A stretch of 64,000 bases of DNA from an uncultured Desulfospira sp. Lineage in GTDB: Bacteria > Desulfobacterota > Desulfobacteria > Desulfobacterales > Desulfobacteraceae. This document shows positions 39,368-49,181 of the stretch, piece by piece (position 1 is the stretch's first letter; every line of letters starts with the position of its first letter). Location: assembly GCA_963663165.1 (NCBI GenBank), contig OY760175.1, positions 672,001 through 736,000 of the forward strand, written 5' to 3'. The position numbers were made by a program, and so were the translations under genes. Under the pieces are notes generated by a model, which ran no database searches, had not been told where the DNA came from, and was given only the letters and a program-made list of their open reading frames with translations.

Positions 39368-41437
39368 ATGAAAAATCAAATTGGCAAGTTTGGGTGGGGT
39401 AATCCGAAAAATCAAAAAAATCATCCGGTATTGTTGACAGTGCTGGTTCTGGTGAGCCTGGTGCTGGTGTTGCCGGCATGCGGCAACAAGCCGGTGGAGG
39501 TCAAGGACAGCATCGGCAATCTGGTCCGGTTTGAATCGACCCCCTGCCGGGTGGTGTCCCTGGTGCCCACGGCCACCGAGATTTTATTTGAAATCGGCGC
39601 TTCCAGGGCCGTTGCAGGGCTGACATACCATGACAGCACCTTAAAAGGGGCTGAAAAAAAGGCCGTGGTGGGCGGCTTCATGTATCCATCCGTTGAAAAA
39701 ATCAAGGCCTTAAATCCGGATCTGGTGATCCTGGCCGATTTTCATACTCAGATCAAAGCCAAACTTGAATCCACCGGTTGCCGGTTTTTTGTTTATAAAA
39801 CCTTGAGCCTGGATCATGGGTTTGAGAATATGCTCACCTTTGGCCAGATATTTCAAAAACAAGGGGCAGCCGCCCGGGTTGTCCAAAAGAATAAAGACCA
39901 GTTGGCCTTAATTGAAAAAAAGCTGTCAAAGGCCGTGCCTGAAAAGAAAAAACGGGTCATGCGCCTCATGGGCCGGGATATGATCATGACACCGGGAAAC
40001 GATTCTTTTCAAAACCAGATGATCCGGATGGCCGGCGGGCTGCCGCCTGATTTAAATGAGCCCGGCAGTGTGGTCGCCGTGAGTCTTGAACAGTGGCAGC
40101 AATTTAACCCCGAGGTGGTTTACGGCTGCGGTGAAGACCGCAAGGCGGCCGATCTTTTTTTCTCCCAGGAGGGATGGAAGGATGTGGATGCCGTTAAAAA
40201 CCACCAGATCTTTTATTTTCCCTGTGAATTGACCTGCCGGGCCGGCACCCATGTGGGGGATTTTGTCTCCTGGCTGTCGTCCATGATTTATACTCAAGAA
40301 TTCTCCCGCCCGGAGAATCATGTTCTTGAGCAGCAGATTATTGGATCTTATCCCGTGGATGTTGACCTTGACTATGTGGTCTCGGCGGTCGTCAACAAAA
40401 CCCGGATTTATGATTTTGAAAACAAAACCTTGATGATTGAGTTTAAACGGCCCCAGACCATTGTTTCCACCCTGGAGGGCCAGCGAACCGGGATCATGTC
40501 CGTGGGAAACCACTATTCACCGCCTGCCACCTGGGGACCGGGACACCATCTTGGGATTTTGGCCATTCGTGAGGGCATCCTAAAGGCCAACCGGAAAGAA
40601 GCCCAAACCACCTCTTTTTTGATTACCGGCGCCGACATGGGCAACCTAAGCGTTCAGACCAAACGGTTTAAGGACATGAAGGTAACGGCCCTGGCAACGG
40701 CCGGGGTCATGTCCAATGCTGTGAGAATGTCCCAGGATACCGGGATGTATTATGAACCCGGCACCATTAACATTATCATCATGGCCAATATGGGCCTTTC
40801 GCCGAGGGCCATGACCCGGGCGATCATTTCTGCCACTGAAGCCAAGACCGCTGTTTTAGAAGACCTTGATATCCGCAGCACCTACACGCCACAGCGCCAC
40901 AGGGCCACCGGCACCGGCACCGACAATGTCCTGGTGGTAGCGGGAGAAGGCCCCCCCATTGACAATACCGGCGGCCATTCCAAAATGGGAGAGCTCATTG
41001 CCAAAGCGGTTTACGATGCGGTAAAAGAGGCCATCTATAACCAGAATAAGGTCACCGAAAACCGCCACATATTTCAGCGGCTCAAAGAAAGACACCTGTC
41101 CGTATACACCCTTACCGGCGAGATCACCTGTGAGTGCATGGCCCAGAAAGGCATTGAAATAAATGAATTTTCCCAACAGGTGGACCACCTGTTGCTCGAA
41201 CCTGAATATGCGGCCTTTCTTGAGGCGGCCTTTGCCTTAAGCGATAATTACGAACGGGGCCTGATCAAGGATTTAACCCGGTTTGACCAGTGGTGCCTTG
41301 CCACCGCGTCAAGGATTGCGGGAAAACCCGTTGACGCCCTTGAGAACCTGGTAACCAGCGACACGGTTCCTTTAGTCATTCAATCGGCCCTGAATTCGAT
41401 TTTCACCGGAACCATGGAAAAAATGAGCCATGAATAA
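39368..41437 (+). CDS. cbiZ: Lipoprotein: BtuF-like binding domain fused to adenosylcobinamide amidohydrolase CbiZ
   Basis: Lipobox LPAC; RVVSLVPTATEILF, PSVEKIKALNPDLV (class III SBP); C-terminal ATAGV.SNA, PGTINII, ATEAKT, ATGTGTD (CbiZ). Confidence 0.85.
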   Translation: MKNQIGKFGWGNPKNQKNHPVLLTVLVLVSLVLVLPACGNKPVEVKDSIGNLVRFESTPCRVVSLVPTATEILFEIGASRAVAGLTYHDSTLKGAEKKAVVGGFMYPSVEKIKALNPDLVILADFHTQIKAKLESTGCRFFVYKTLSLDHGFENMLTFGQIFQKQGAAARVVQKNKDQLALIEKKLSKAVPEKKKRVMRLMGRDMIMTPGNDSFQNQMIRMAGGLPPDLNEPGSVVAVSLEQWQQFNPEVVYGCGEDRKAADLFFSQEGWKDVDAVKNHQIFYFPCELTCRAGTHVGDFVSWLSSMIYTQEFSRPENHVLEQQIIGSYPVDVDLDYVVSAVVNKTRIYDFENKTLMIEFKRPQTIVSTLEGQRTGIMSVGNHYSPPATWGPGHHLGILAIREGILKANRKEAQTTSFLITGADMGNLSVQTKRFKDMKVTALATAGVMSNAVRMSQDTGMYYEPGTINIIIMANMGLSPRAMTRAIISATEAKTAVLEDLDIRSTYTPQRHRATGTGTDNVLVVAGEGPPIDNTGGHSKMGELIAKAVYDAVKEAIYNQNKVTENRHIFQRLKERHLSVYTLTGEITCECMAQKGIEINEFSQQVDHLLLEPEYAAFLEAAFALSDNYERGLIKDLTRFDQWCLATASRIAGKPVDALENLVTSDTVPLVIQSALNSIFTGTMEKMSHE

Positions 41438-42308
41438 AATTTTTTCACGCCTGATCTGGGTATCCGCTTTCATGATTTTGGGGCTTTCCGGACAGGGCAG
41501 GGCAGACCAGGCCATACCCCGGCGGGTGATCTCACTTTCTCCCATTATCACGGAAACCATCTACCTTGTGGGGGCCCAAGACCGGCTCATTGCCAACACC
41601 ACCTATTGCAATTCCCCGCCTGAGGCCCAATTAAAAGACAAAATCGGTACCGTGACCCAGATGAACATCGAAAAGGTTATCCGGCTGAACCCGGACCTGG
41701 TCATTGCCAGTGCCCTGACCCAGGAAAAACAGCTCAAAGTTTTGGAAAGTCGGTTCATTCCCATCTTCAGGGCAGAAAACCCCAAAACCTTTGAACAGAT
41801 GTGTGACATGACCCTGGCCATGGGAAAACGGCTTGGAAAGGCCGAACAGGCCCATGCCATTATCGAAAAAACCCGAAAGAATGCCGCCTGCATCAACGCC
41901 CTGACCCAACATCTTGAAAAACCCAGGGTATTCATGCAGATCGGTTTAAAGCCCTTATACTCAGCCAACAAAGATATGTTCATAAACGAATATATCCGGT
42001 ATACTGGCGGCAGAAACATTGCTGAAAACGAGGCGTCCGGGATTTACAGCCGGGAAAAGGTGTTGGCCCAGGACCCTGAAATTATTCTGATTGCCACCAT
42101 GGGAAGCTCAAAAAAAGCCGGCGAAATGGAAAAGCAGCGGTGGATGGCTTTTAAAAGCATTTCCGCGATAAAATCCGGCCGGATCTATATTCTGGACCCT
42201 GAATTGATATGCAGTCCCACGCCGGTTACTTTTGTTAAGGGGATCATAGAAATTCTGCCGTTGATTCACCCGGATGCAGACCTTTCTGCCGGAGGGTGTA
42301 CCCCATAA
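41430..42308 (+). CDS. btuF: Cobalamin ABC transporter periplasmic binding protein
   Basis: Signal peptide; RVISLSPIITETIY, TTYCN.P, NIEKVIRLNPDLV; B12 riboswitch operon. Confidence 0.85.
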   Translation: MNKIFSRLIWVSAFMILGLSGQGRADQAIPRRVISLSPIITETIYLVGAQDRLIANTTYCNSPPEAQLKDKIGTVTQMNIEKVIRLNPDLVIASALTQEKQLKVLESRFIPIFRAENPKTFEQMCDMTLAMGKRLGKAEQAHAIIEKTRKNAACINALTQHLEKPRVFMQIGLKPLYSANKDMFINEYIRYTGGRNIAENEASGIYSREKVLAQDPEIILIATMGSSKKAGEMEKQRWMAFKSISAIKSGRIYILDPELICSPTPVTFVKGIIEILPLIHPDADLSAGGCTP

Positions 42309-43315
42309 TGAGCCCAAGGATCAGACAATGGGCATTCATTACGGCCGGCCTTTTTATTTTTATGCTGGTCTCCGGCCTGATCGCCCTTTGCACGGGCAGT
42401 GCCGGCATCGACATCGGCCGCATTCCCGACATCCTGCTCCACGGGAAAGGATCTGCCGATTACAGCATTTTAATGAATATCCGCCTTCCCCGGATCATTT
42501 TGGGAATGGCCGTTGGCGGTTCTTTGAGCCTGGCCGGGGCCCTGCTGCAGGGCATGTTCAGAAATCCCCTGGTGGAGCCTTATACCTTGGGGATTTCCGG
42601 CGGGGCCTCCTTAGGGGTCTGTGTCAATATCCTGTTTAAATTTTATGCGGTAATCGGGATTGCCGCCTACCCCCTGTCCGGATTTTTAGGGGCCAGCCTG
42701 GTCATCTTTCTGGTCTACAGTTTGAACCGGCAAAACCGGAATATCCGGTCCAACCGGATGCTCTTAACCGGGGTCATGATCTCCTATGTGGCCTCATCCC
42801 TTGTCATGCTGCTCATGGCCCTGTCCCACAGCGACGAACTTCAAAACATCGTGCTGTGGATCATGGGCTCACTGGATGAACCTAACCTGACGTTGATCCG
42901 GATTGCGGCCATTGGGTCCGTTGCCGGCCTTCTGATCTCTTATCTGTTCTGCATGGACCTGAACGCCCTTTTGCTCGGGGATGAAGAAGCCGCAGGCCTT
43001 GGCATCAACACCGTCAAAACCAAAAAAATCCTGTTTGTCACGGCCTCTTTCTTAACGGGCTTAAGTGTGGCCGTGGCCGGCATTATTATGTTCGTGGGGC
43101 TGATTGTCCCTCATTTTATCCGGCTGATCACCGGGCCGGATCACCGGATTTTATTGATCGGCTCATTTCTGGCCGGGGCCGCCTTTTTAACCTTATGTGA
43201 TGTGGTGGCCCGGACCATTATAGCCCCCCTAGAACTGCCCGTGGGCGTGATTACCGGCATTATCGGCGGGATTATCTTTATCTGGGCCCTTTCCAGGAAA
43301 AAGGTGATCCTGTGA
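42308..43315 (+). CDS. btuC: Cobalamin ABC transporter permease (FecCD family)
   Basis: IRLPRI, FRNPLVEPYTLGISGGA, FVGLIVPH, ELPVGVIT; the ATG overlaps the btuF stop. Confidence 0.9.
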   Translation: MSPRIRQWAFITAGLFIFMLVSGLIALCTGSAGIDIGRIPDILLHGKGSADYSILMNIRLPRIILGMAVGGSLSLAGALLQGMFRNPLVEPYTLGISGGASLGVCVNILFKFYAVIGIAAYPLSGFLGASLVIFLVYSLNRQNRNIRSNRMLLTGVMISYVASSLVMLLMALSHSDELQNIVLWIMGSLDEPNLTLIRIAAIGSVAGLLISYLFCMDLNALLLGDEEAAGLGINTVKTKKILFVTASFLTGLSVAVAGIIMFVGLIVPHFIRLITGPDHRILLIGSFLAGAAFLTLCDVVARTIIAPLELPVGVITGIIGGIIFIWALSRKKVIL

Positions 43316-44115
43316 TTCCGGTACTTGAAATAAGACATCTGAACCTTTCCTATAAAGATACCCCCATTCTCAAGGATATCTGCCTCAAAGTTCAGCAGGG
43401 GGAATTTCTGGCTGTGGTGGGGCCGAACGGGTGCGGGAAAACCACCCTGGTGAAAGCCATCCTAAGGTCCATTACGCCAGGGGCAGGGCAGATCCGGTTT
43501 AAGGGAAACGATATCACGGCCCTGTCCGGCAAAGCCCTGGCAAAGGGCATGGCATCGGTTCTCCAGACCATTGATCCGGCGGCCATGACCGTCAAGGAAT
43601 ACGTGCTGCTGGGACGGCTCCCCTATTTTTCGCCCTACCAGTTTTTTGAAACCCGGAAAGACATGGACATTGCCTTAAAATACATGGAACTGACCGGCAC
43701 CGCCCATCTGTGTGATGCCCGGATCAATGAAATCAGCGGGGGAGAACGGCAACTGGCCGCCATTGCCAGGGCCCTGACCCAGGAGCCCTCCCTGATCATC
43801 ATGGACGAACCCACGTCTAATCTGGACATCACCCACCAGGTCCGGGTCCTGGATTTGATGACCGACCTTAAAGAGGATTTGGGCGTGACCATTTTCATGG
43901 TCCTCCATGACCTGAACCTGGCTGGGGAATATGCGGACCGGCTGGTACTTTTAGACAAGAACGGCGGCTGTGTTTACGGCTCAGGCCGTCCCCTGGATGT
44001 GCTGACCGAAGAGGCCATTGAGTCGGTTTACCAGACCAAGGTCACCGTGGCCCCCAACCCGGTCACCCGAAACCCCTTTGTATTTATCGTAAAAAAAGGA
44101 AACACCCATGACTGA
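43312..44115 (+). CDS. btuD: Cobalamin ABC transporter ATP-binding protein
   Basis: GPNGCGKTT, ISGGERQ, MDEPTSNLD, VLHDLNLA. Confidence 0.9.
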   Translation: MIPVLEIRHLNLSYKDTPILKDICLKVQQGEFLAVVGPNGCGKTTLVKAILRSITPGAGQIRFKGNDITALSGKALAKGMASVLQTIDPAAMTVKEYVLLGRLPYFSPYQFFETRKDMDIALKYMELTGTAHLCDARINEISGGERQLAAIARALTQEPSLIIMDEPTSNLDITHQVRVLDLMTDLKEDLGVTIFMVLHDLNLAGEYADRLVLLDKNGGCVYGSGRPLDVLTEEAIESVYQTKVTVAPNPVTRNPFVFIVKKGNTHD

Positions 44116-44899
44116 CAAACGAGAAGATATCCCTGTGGTCCTGACGGCATTCGGTACAACGGCCAAAGCCTTTGCCACCTACGAAAAAATGGACCGGGTA
44201 TTCAAAGAGACCCTGCCGGACACTCAGATTCACTGGGCTTATTCATCCAGGGTGGTCAAACGGGCCATGCAAAAAAACCATCAACTGGACCTCAAAGATC
44301 CATTAGAAACCCTTCAAATTCTGGCCGATCAGGGCCACACCTGGGCGGTCATGCAGTCCCTGCACCTGGTCTGCGGCCATGAATTTCACCGCCTGATCGT
44401 GGCCCCGCACCATGCCGGTATCACCGGAATCCGGTTTGCCGCCGGCCTGCCGCTGCTTACGGCCCACGATGATTTTGAAAAAACGGCCCAGGCCCTTTCC
44501 CCTATCGTGCCCCAGGACCCTGACCAGGCCCTGGTGCTGGTGGGCCACGGCACGGATCATCCGTCCTGGACCAGCTATCCCGCCTTGGAGACGTTTATGC
44601 GGCGAATATACGGTCCCCGGGTCTTTGTGGGAACCGTGGAATGGTACCCGGGACTTGATCATACCCTTGAGCGGATTATGGCAGCCGGATTCAAGAAGGT
44701 CACCCTGGTCCCCTTTCTTCTAGTGGCCGGGGTCCATTTTAAGGAAGACCTTACCAGGGAAGAGGATTCCTGGCAGAAAACCCTGGAGCGCAACGGGATT
44801 GAGGTTACCCTGGTGGATCAGGGGGTAGGCCAGCTGGACGGCATTACCCGGATTTTCTGTGACCATATTGCAGAGGCTGTAGACGTCATTCCCTTGTAA
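44108..44899 (+). CDS. cbiK: Sirohydrochlorin cobaltochelatase CbiK (no signal peptide)
   Basis: AFGTT, WAYSSR, QSLHLV.G.EF, VGHGTDHP, GTVE..P, PFLLVAG.HFKEDL....DSW. Confidence 0.9.
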   Translation: MTDKREDIPVVLTAFGTTAKAFATYEKMDRVFKETLPDTQIHWAYSSRVVKRAMQKNHQLDLKDPLETLQILADQGHTWAVMQSLHLVCGHEFHRLIVAPHHAGITGIRFAAGLPLLTAHDDFEKTAQALSPIVPQDPDQALVLVGHGTDHPSWTSYPALETFMRRIYGPRVFVGTVEWYPGLDHTLERIMAAGFKKVTLVPFLLVAGVHFKEDLTREEDSWQKTLERNGIEVTLVDQGVGQLDGITRIFCDHIAEAVDVIPL

Positions 44900-44901
44900 A
44901 T

Positions 44902-44996
44902 GGACTTGGGACCTGGGACTTGGGACCTGGGATATGGGACCTGGGATATGGGACTTGGGGATTGCAGTATCCACGGCCTACCCAAGTCCCATATCC
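44902..44996. repeat. Repeat family A, copy 3 (expanded heptamer arm)
   Basis: Run of ggg(a)c(t/c)t / gggatat heptamers followed by the 50-bp core; lies between convergent cbiK and the AraC gene. Confidence 0.9.
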
Positions 44997-44999
44997 ATA

Positions 45000-45788
45000 T
45001 CAATAAGCCGTACGGCTTGTTTTTCTAAACCGGGAGGGGGTAATCCCTTCGTGTTTCCTAAAGCATCGGGCAAAATAAGAGGCATCATTAAACCCCACGG
45101 AAAAACAGGCCTGGGAAATGTTTACGTCCGGAATTTTTAACAGCCGCTTGGCCGCTTCCACCCGTTTGATGTTCAGATACTCCTTAAAGGTCTGCCCTGT
45201 GGCCTGCCTGAAAAGGCGGCTGAAATGGAACCGGCTCAGGCCTGACAGCTCTGCGGCATCGTCAAGGCGAATGTTTTCCATATAATGGGTATCAATAAAG
45301 GCTATGCATTTTTTCAGACGGCGGTCATCGGTGTTAAAGCTCATTGGACCTGAAAAATTGATCAGGGAACGGGTGGAAAATCGCCTTAAATGTTCGATGA
45401 ATAGGGACTGATAATACCGTTTAAGCCGGCTGTTATCCAAAAGGATTTTTCCAAATTTTTCCCTTGATATGGTCAGGCACTCCACCGGTCCTGAGGAAAT
45501 GGCGTCATAAAACGACACGCCTCGTCCAAAAAAAGCCTCTACCCCGAAAAATTCCCCTTTTTCCAAGCTTCCCCTTAAAGTGGTACGGCTGTTTTCTGCG
45601 GGGGCATAAACGTCGATAACGCCGTCAAGGATGTATCCTAAGCAGTCCGGTGTTTCATTTCTTTGAGCAATCATGGTGTAGGGCTCAATCAGGGTGAAAT
45701 CAAATTCGGTTTTAATCAGTTGTGTTAATTCAAAATCGCTAATGCTGTTAAACAGCAGCTCTCCTTTAGTTTGTTCTAAAATTTTCAT
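45000..45788 (-). CDS. cNMP-binding-like domain + AraC-family transcriptional regulator (copy 1)
   Basis: N-terminal GYILDGVIDVY...LEKGEFFGVEAFF; C-terminal LSRFHFSRLF...RVEAAKRLL...VGFNDASYFARCFRKHEGITPSRFR; likely ATG at 45788. Confidence 0.88.
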   Translation of the reverse strand: MKILEQTKGELLFNSISDFELTQLIKTEFDFTLIEPYTMIAQRNETPDCLGYILDGVIDVYAPAENSRTTLRGSLEKGEFFGVEAFFGRGVSFYDAISSGPVECLTISREKFGKILLDNSRLKRYYQSLFIEHLRRFSTRSLINFSGPMSFNTDDRRLKKCIAFIDTHYMENIRLDDAAELSGLSRFHFSRLFRQATGQTFKEYLNIKRVEAAKRLLKIPDVNISQACFSVGFNDASYFARCFRKHEGITPSRFRKTSRTAY

Positions 45789-45811
45789 GACAGAAAAGGC
45801 CCCAAAAAAAC

Positions 45812-45846
45812 AAAAAAATCCGAACAAGCAGGCTTGTCCGGATTTC
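45812..45846 (-). terminator. Riboswitch expression-platform terminator
   Basis: Minus strand aaatccggacaagcctgcttgttcggattttttt: hairpin + U-tract between the riboswitch and the AraC start. Confidence 0.7.
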
Positions 45847-45900
45847 CGTTTTTAATCCTTTATTTGGTTAACGCGCCCTTACCCTGGGTACGCCAATTCA

Positions 45901-46062
45901 TACAGGCTGGTCTTCTGGCTCTCGGATCATCTTACTGGCTGAGCCTTCCCGCCTTCTTACGGCAGTGGCATAGATACAGCGGTCATCCCCGATTACAGCG
46001 GCGGGTCCGTCATTGAGTTTCACAATGTTCCCATTATCCCGGCACGGGCCGGGTACCTGTAA
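45901..46062 (-). ncRNA. Cobalamin riboswitch
   Basis: Reverse complement: caggtac...aatgggaacattgtgaaactcaatgacggacccgccgctgtaa...gccactg...gggaagg...gagccagaagaccagcctg. Confidence 0.92.
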
Positions 46063-46077
46063 TCCTTATTTGTCTGG

Positions 46078-46106
46078 ACCATAAAAACTTAATGGCTAAA
46101 TGTCAA
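46078..46106 (-). promoter_or_regulatory. Sigma-70 promoter of the riboswitch-AraC transcript
   Basis: Minus strand TTGACA-17 bp-TATGGT immediately upstream of the riboswitch. Confidence 0.65.
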
Positions 46107-46141
46107 TAAATGATTTCATTCTTGATCCTTTTTCTAATCGT

Positions 46142-47587
46142 TTATTCTAATTTGCCTAAAATAACTTTTACGGGCGAACATGGCGGGCCGAAATCAGATT
46201 TGACATACCATGGGCCGGTAGGGGTCAAATTGGAATCAGCCAGCTTGATTTTTCCCTGTGCATTTACCCGGATATTAATTCTGAATTTATCCGATTCTGC
46301 AGGCTCTGTATCACCACCGTTGATCCGGATGCCGAAATAACCGCCGACCCTGAAAAAAACCCCGTAAAACCGGTGTTCGCCAATACTGCCGTAATACCGT
46401 GGCCTTGCTATGGGACCGCCGACATTGCCGGTAGTATAGATAGAAACCATATCTTCAACATGACCGCCAAGGTAAAGCTCACCCCGGGCGCACCCGTTGA
46501 AGGCCAGATCCTCTTCAGCGGCAATGACAAAGTTTTTGGCATGGGTGCTTGCTGAGCCGACTCTCGGGGGGCCGCTGATGCCAAGCCTGCCGTTATGGGG
46601 GTTCGCCCCTTCAAAATAATATACGGCACCTGAATGGTTCCCGTCATGGGGGCAGAAGATATAATTGTCAGCCCCGAGATAATAGTAACTATAATAGAAG
46701 TTGCCGTCATCATCATACCGGCCGCCTTCCATTGAGGACTCGGTGTAGCTTGGAAAGCTGGCATCGGTCATGGGAATTATCCGGTTTTGACCGCCGGCCT
46801 CGTCTTTAAGTTCTGCCATGATATCATCTAAGTCCTGGGAGGGATATAATTCTTCCTCTCCTGAAGAACAGGCATCTTCTACAGGGCAATGGCTGATGTC
46901 GCCGGCTGCGGTTGCCCGGGTGCCGCCGGTTATTGCAGTGCTGCCTGTACTTGAAAATTCAATCTCCGTATTTGAGTGAATGATGCCGGTATTGTTAAAA
47001 TTAATATAACATGAATACAAATTGTCGATGATAATTCCGCCGGTAACCGGATCATCATCATAGGAAAATAAACCGGCATTTGAAGCAACACTCACTGCAC
47101 TGGCCGATACGGTTGCGCTTTCCTGTGCTAAAATACCTGAGAAAAAGGCCGGCACCTCAGTTTTTAAAGAAACCATTACGGCGTTGTTGTAAACATACTG
47201 ATCATTTGACGGGTCGGATAAGGCTTCATTGTAGACGGTATCCGTGTCTGAATCAGCTATAAAGTCCTTATAACCGGTAAAATCATCATACGTATCGTCA
47301 AGATCATAAAATCCGATCCTGACCGTCAGTTTTTCCGAATCATAGGGGATCTGGTTTTCAGAAGCCACCAGCCGTGCCACATCGTCATAGGAGGAATCAC
47401 AAATATTCATGGCTGCCGCCAGGGCGGCAGCCTCCACGCTGTTTTGATACTTATTTTTTCTCATCATCAGATACCCCCCGTCTGCTACAAGGGCCAGAAT
47501 CCCGAGAAAAACCGTTAAAGAAACGGCCGTGATAATGACAATATTACCTTGTTGGTTATTGATCTTATGGTCTGCACGGATGATCAT
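46142..47587 (-). CDS. tadG: TadG-like pilus-associated protein (Tad N-terminal domain + variable C-terminal domain)
   Basis: QQGNIVIITAV...LALVADGGYL...YQNSVEAAALAAA; NAVMVSL...VPAFFSGIL...VSASAV. Confidence 0.8.
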   Translation of the reverse strand: MIIRADHKINNQQGNIVIITAVSLTVFLGILALVADGGYLMMRKNKYQNSVEAAALAAAMNICDSSYDDVARLVASENQIPYDSEKLTVRIGFYDLDDTYDDFTGYKDFIADSDTDTVYNEALSDPSNDQYVYNNAVMVSLKTEVPAFFSGILAQESATVSASAVSVASNAGLFSYDDDPVTGGIIIDNLYSCYINFNNTGIIHSNTEIEFSSTGSTAITGGTRATAAGDISHCPVEDACSSGEEELYPSQDLDDIMAELKDEAGGQNRIIPMTDASFPSYTESSMEGGRYDDDGNFYYSYYYLGADNYIFCPHDGNHSGAVYYFEGANPHNGRLGISGPPRVGSASTHAKNFVIAAEEDLAFNGCARGELYLGGHVEDMVSIYTTGNVGGPIARPRYYGSIGEHRFYGVFFRVGGYFGIRINGGDTEPAESDKFRINIRVNAQGKIKLADSNLTPTGPWYVKSDFGPPCSPVKVILGKLE

Positions 47588-47632
47588 ATTTTTTTAGGCA
47601 TTTTCAAAAGACGAGAACCTATGCGGAAACTT

Positions 47633-48286
47633 TCAATTAACATCTTCAGGTTTAAAGGTCTTCCCGCCGGTTACCCGGCCCCCAACAACAAGGGAGACCC
47701 GGACTTTCGGGGCGTCCGGGAACTGGGTAAAATATTCAGATGCAATTTTTTGCATGGTCTGTGCCACTCCCTCGGGATGATATCCTTTGGCTGAGGTGGT
47801 AAACGCCACATAGCCAAAAAGTTTTTGATTGGCCTCAATGCCGGCCTCGGGTAGAAATTTGGTTTCCACCCGGACCCGGGTGGCGTCGGTGTGGCTTAGT
47901 ACCCGGTCTTGAAAATGGGCAATGGTGTCTTCAATTTGTATTTTTAGATCCTCTGTTTCATTTAAAGCGTTCGTTTTTAAGTTATTTTTTGTGACTTCCT
48001 TTATGTCTGTTATGGCCGTATTTTGGCTGATCGGTGGTTTTTTTTCTGTAACGGATGCCTCTGGTTTGGTTTCTTTTTTCATAGATTCGGTGTGCGGTGG
48101 GATTTGATCATTTTCCATGGCGGTTAAAACCTTATCATTTCGGTTTTCCGGCAAATGGAAGCTGGGTGAGCTGAACCATAAGGTACTCAGAATCGCCAAA
48201 CCTGCTATTACTACAAGAATTAAACTAAAAAGCCTTGGTTTGTTTTTAAAAATTTTTACCTCGTTCAAAAGGCTTATGTTTTTCAT
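47633..48286 (-). CDS. Hypothetical single-pass membrane protein
   Basis: Likely ATG at 48286 (MKNISLL) after GAAGGTGG; one hydrophobic segment; no recognised motif. Confidence 0.6.
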   Translation of the reverse strand: MKNISLLNEVKIFKNKPRLFSLILVVIAGLAILSTLWFSSPSFHLPENRNDKVLTAMENDQIPPHTESMKKETKPEASVTEKKPPISQNTAITDIKEVTKNNLKTNALNETEDLKIQIEDTIAHFQDRVLSHTDATRVRVETKFLPEAGIEANQKLFGYVAFTTSAKGYHPEGVAQTMQKIASEYFTQFPDAPKVRVSLVVGGRVTGGKTFKPEDVN

Positions 48287-48462
48287 AATTGTGTCCACCT
48301 TCAAATATTTCGCACGGCGACATTCTATGTAATGCAATAATGCAATAAAAAGCTCATGATAGTAACTGCCTATAGTTGCAGGCAGGACCGTCACACCAAA
48401 AAATTCTGGAAACCGTTTTTCACATAAAAAAAAGACTTTGTCTTGAAAAAGATGCCCCAAAG

Positions 48463-48497
48463 GAAAAGCTGCCGGGTCTCTATGACCCGGCAGCCAA
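48463..48497 (-). terminator. Intrinsic terminator after the cohesin-like gene
   Basis: gctgccgggtc-tctat-gacccggcagc perfect 11-bp stem followed on the minus strand by TTTTCCTTT. Confidence 0.8.
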
Positions 48498-48520
48498 TAT
48501 CAATCTGTAAACAATCTTGT

Positions 48521-49144
48521 TTATTTATTATACCTGCGCAGACCGCAAATCCCAATAAGGCCACTAAACATCAGCCAGATGCCTGCAGGAACAGGTACAT
48601 TTGAATAGTCAGGCTCACCGCTGTTAACTGTCAACCCATCAGTCCAACCCCCGTCGAGGTCAAAGTAAGAGGTATCGTCATGGCCCCATTCCACCCAGAT
48701 ATCGTCTCCATCCCAAGTCCCGCCATTAAAAGTAAAACTAACGGAGAACAACAAATAATCCGTGTCTGCATCCATGGTAAATCCTTCGAAGCTCCAGTCG
48801 TAACAACCGGCATGGAAAAGGCTGGCCCCACCAATATCAGTGGAACCATTAAGTGTATACCCTTCAGATTCGTCAGTGCCATAGCTGATCCCATAAGCCA
48901 TGCTGTCCTCAACATAAGTTAATTCCACATCATCGAAACCGAGGTTAAGGCCCCAACCGTATAATGAGTCTTCTGATTCCGTATGAAGATAAACAGATAT
49001 CGTCACCGTATCTCCAATCTCCGCAGTAAGAAGCCCTGCTTCATCAAGTACCAAATAATGAGAGTAAGCTGGTGATGACACCAATATGAATAGCCCCATA
49101 ATTAATCCAATTAAAAGGTACTTTGGGTTAGATATTTTTCTCAT
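48521..49144 (-). CDS. Secreted cohesin-like beta-sandwich protein with a PEP-CTERM (VPLPA-type) sorting signal
   Basis: Signal peptide (..SPAYS); AEIGDTVTISVYL...LYGWGLNLGFDDVELTYV...LLFSVSFTF pattern; C-terminal VPVPAGIWLMFSGLIGICGLRR. Confidence 0.75.
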   Translation of the reverse strand: MRKISNPKYLLIGLIMGLFILVSSPAYSHYLVLDEAGLLTAEIGDTVTISVYLHTESEDSLYGWGLNLGFDDVELTYVEDSMAYGISYGTDESEGYTLNGSTDIGGASLFHAGCYDWSFEGFTMDADTDYLLFSVSFTFNGGTWDGDDIWVEWGHDDTSYFDLDGGWTDGLTVNSGEPDYSNVPVPAGIWLMFSGLIGICGLRRYNK

Positions 49145-49181
49145 TTCATTCTCCTTTATGTAAATTCTGTTATTAAATGGT

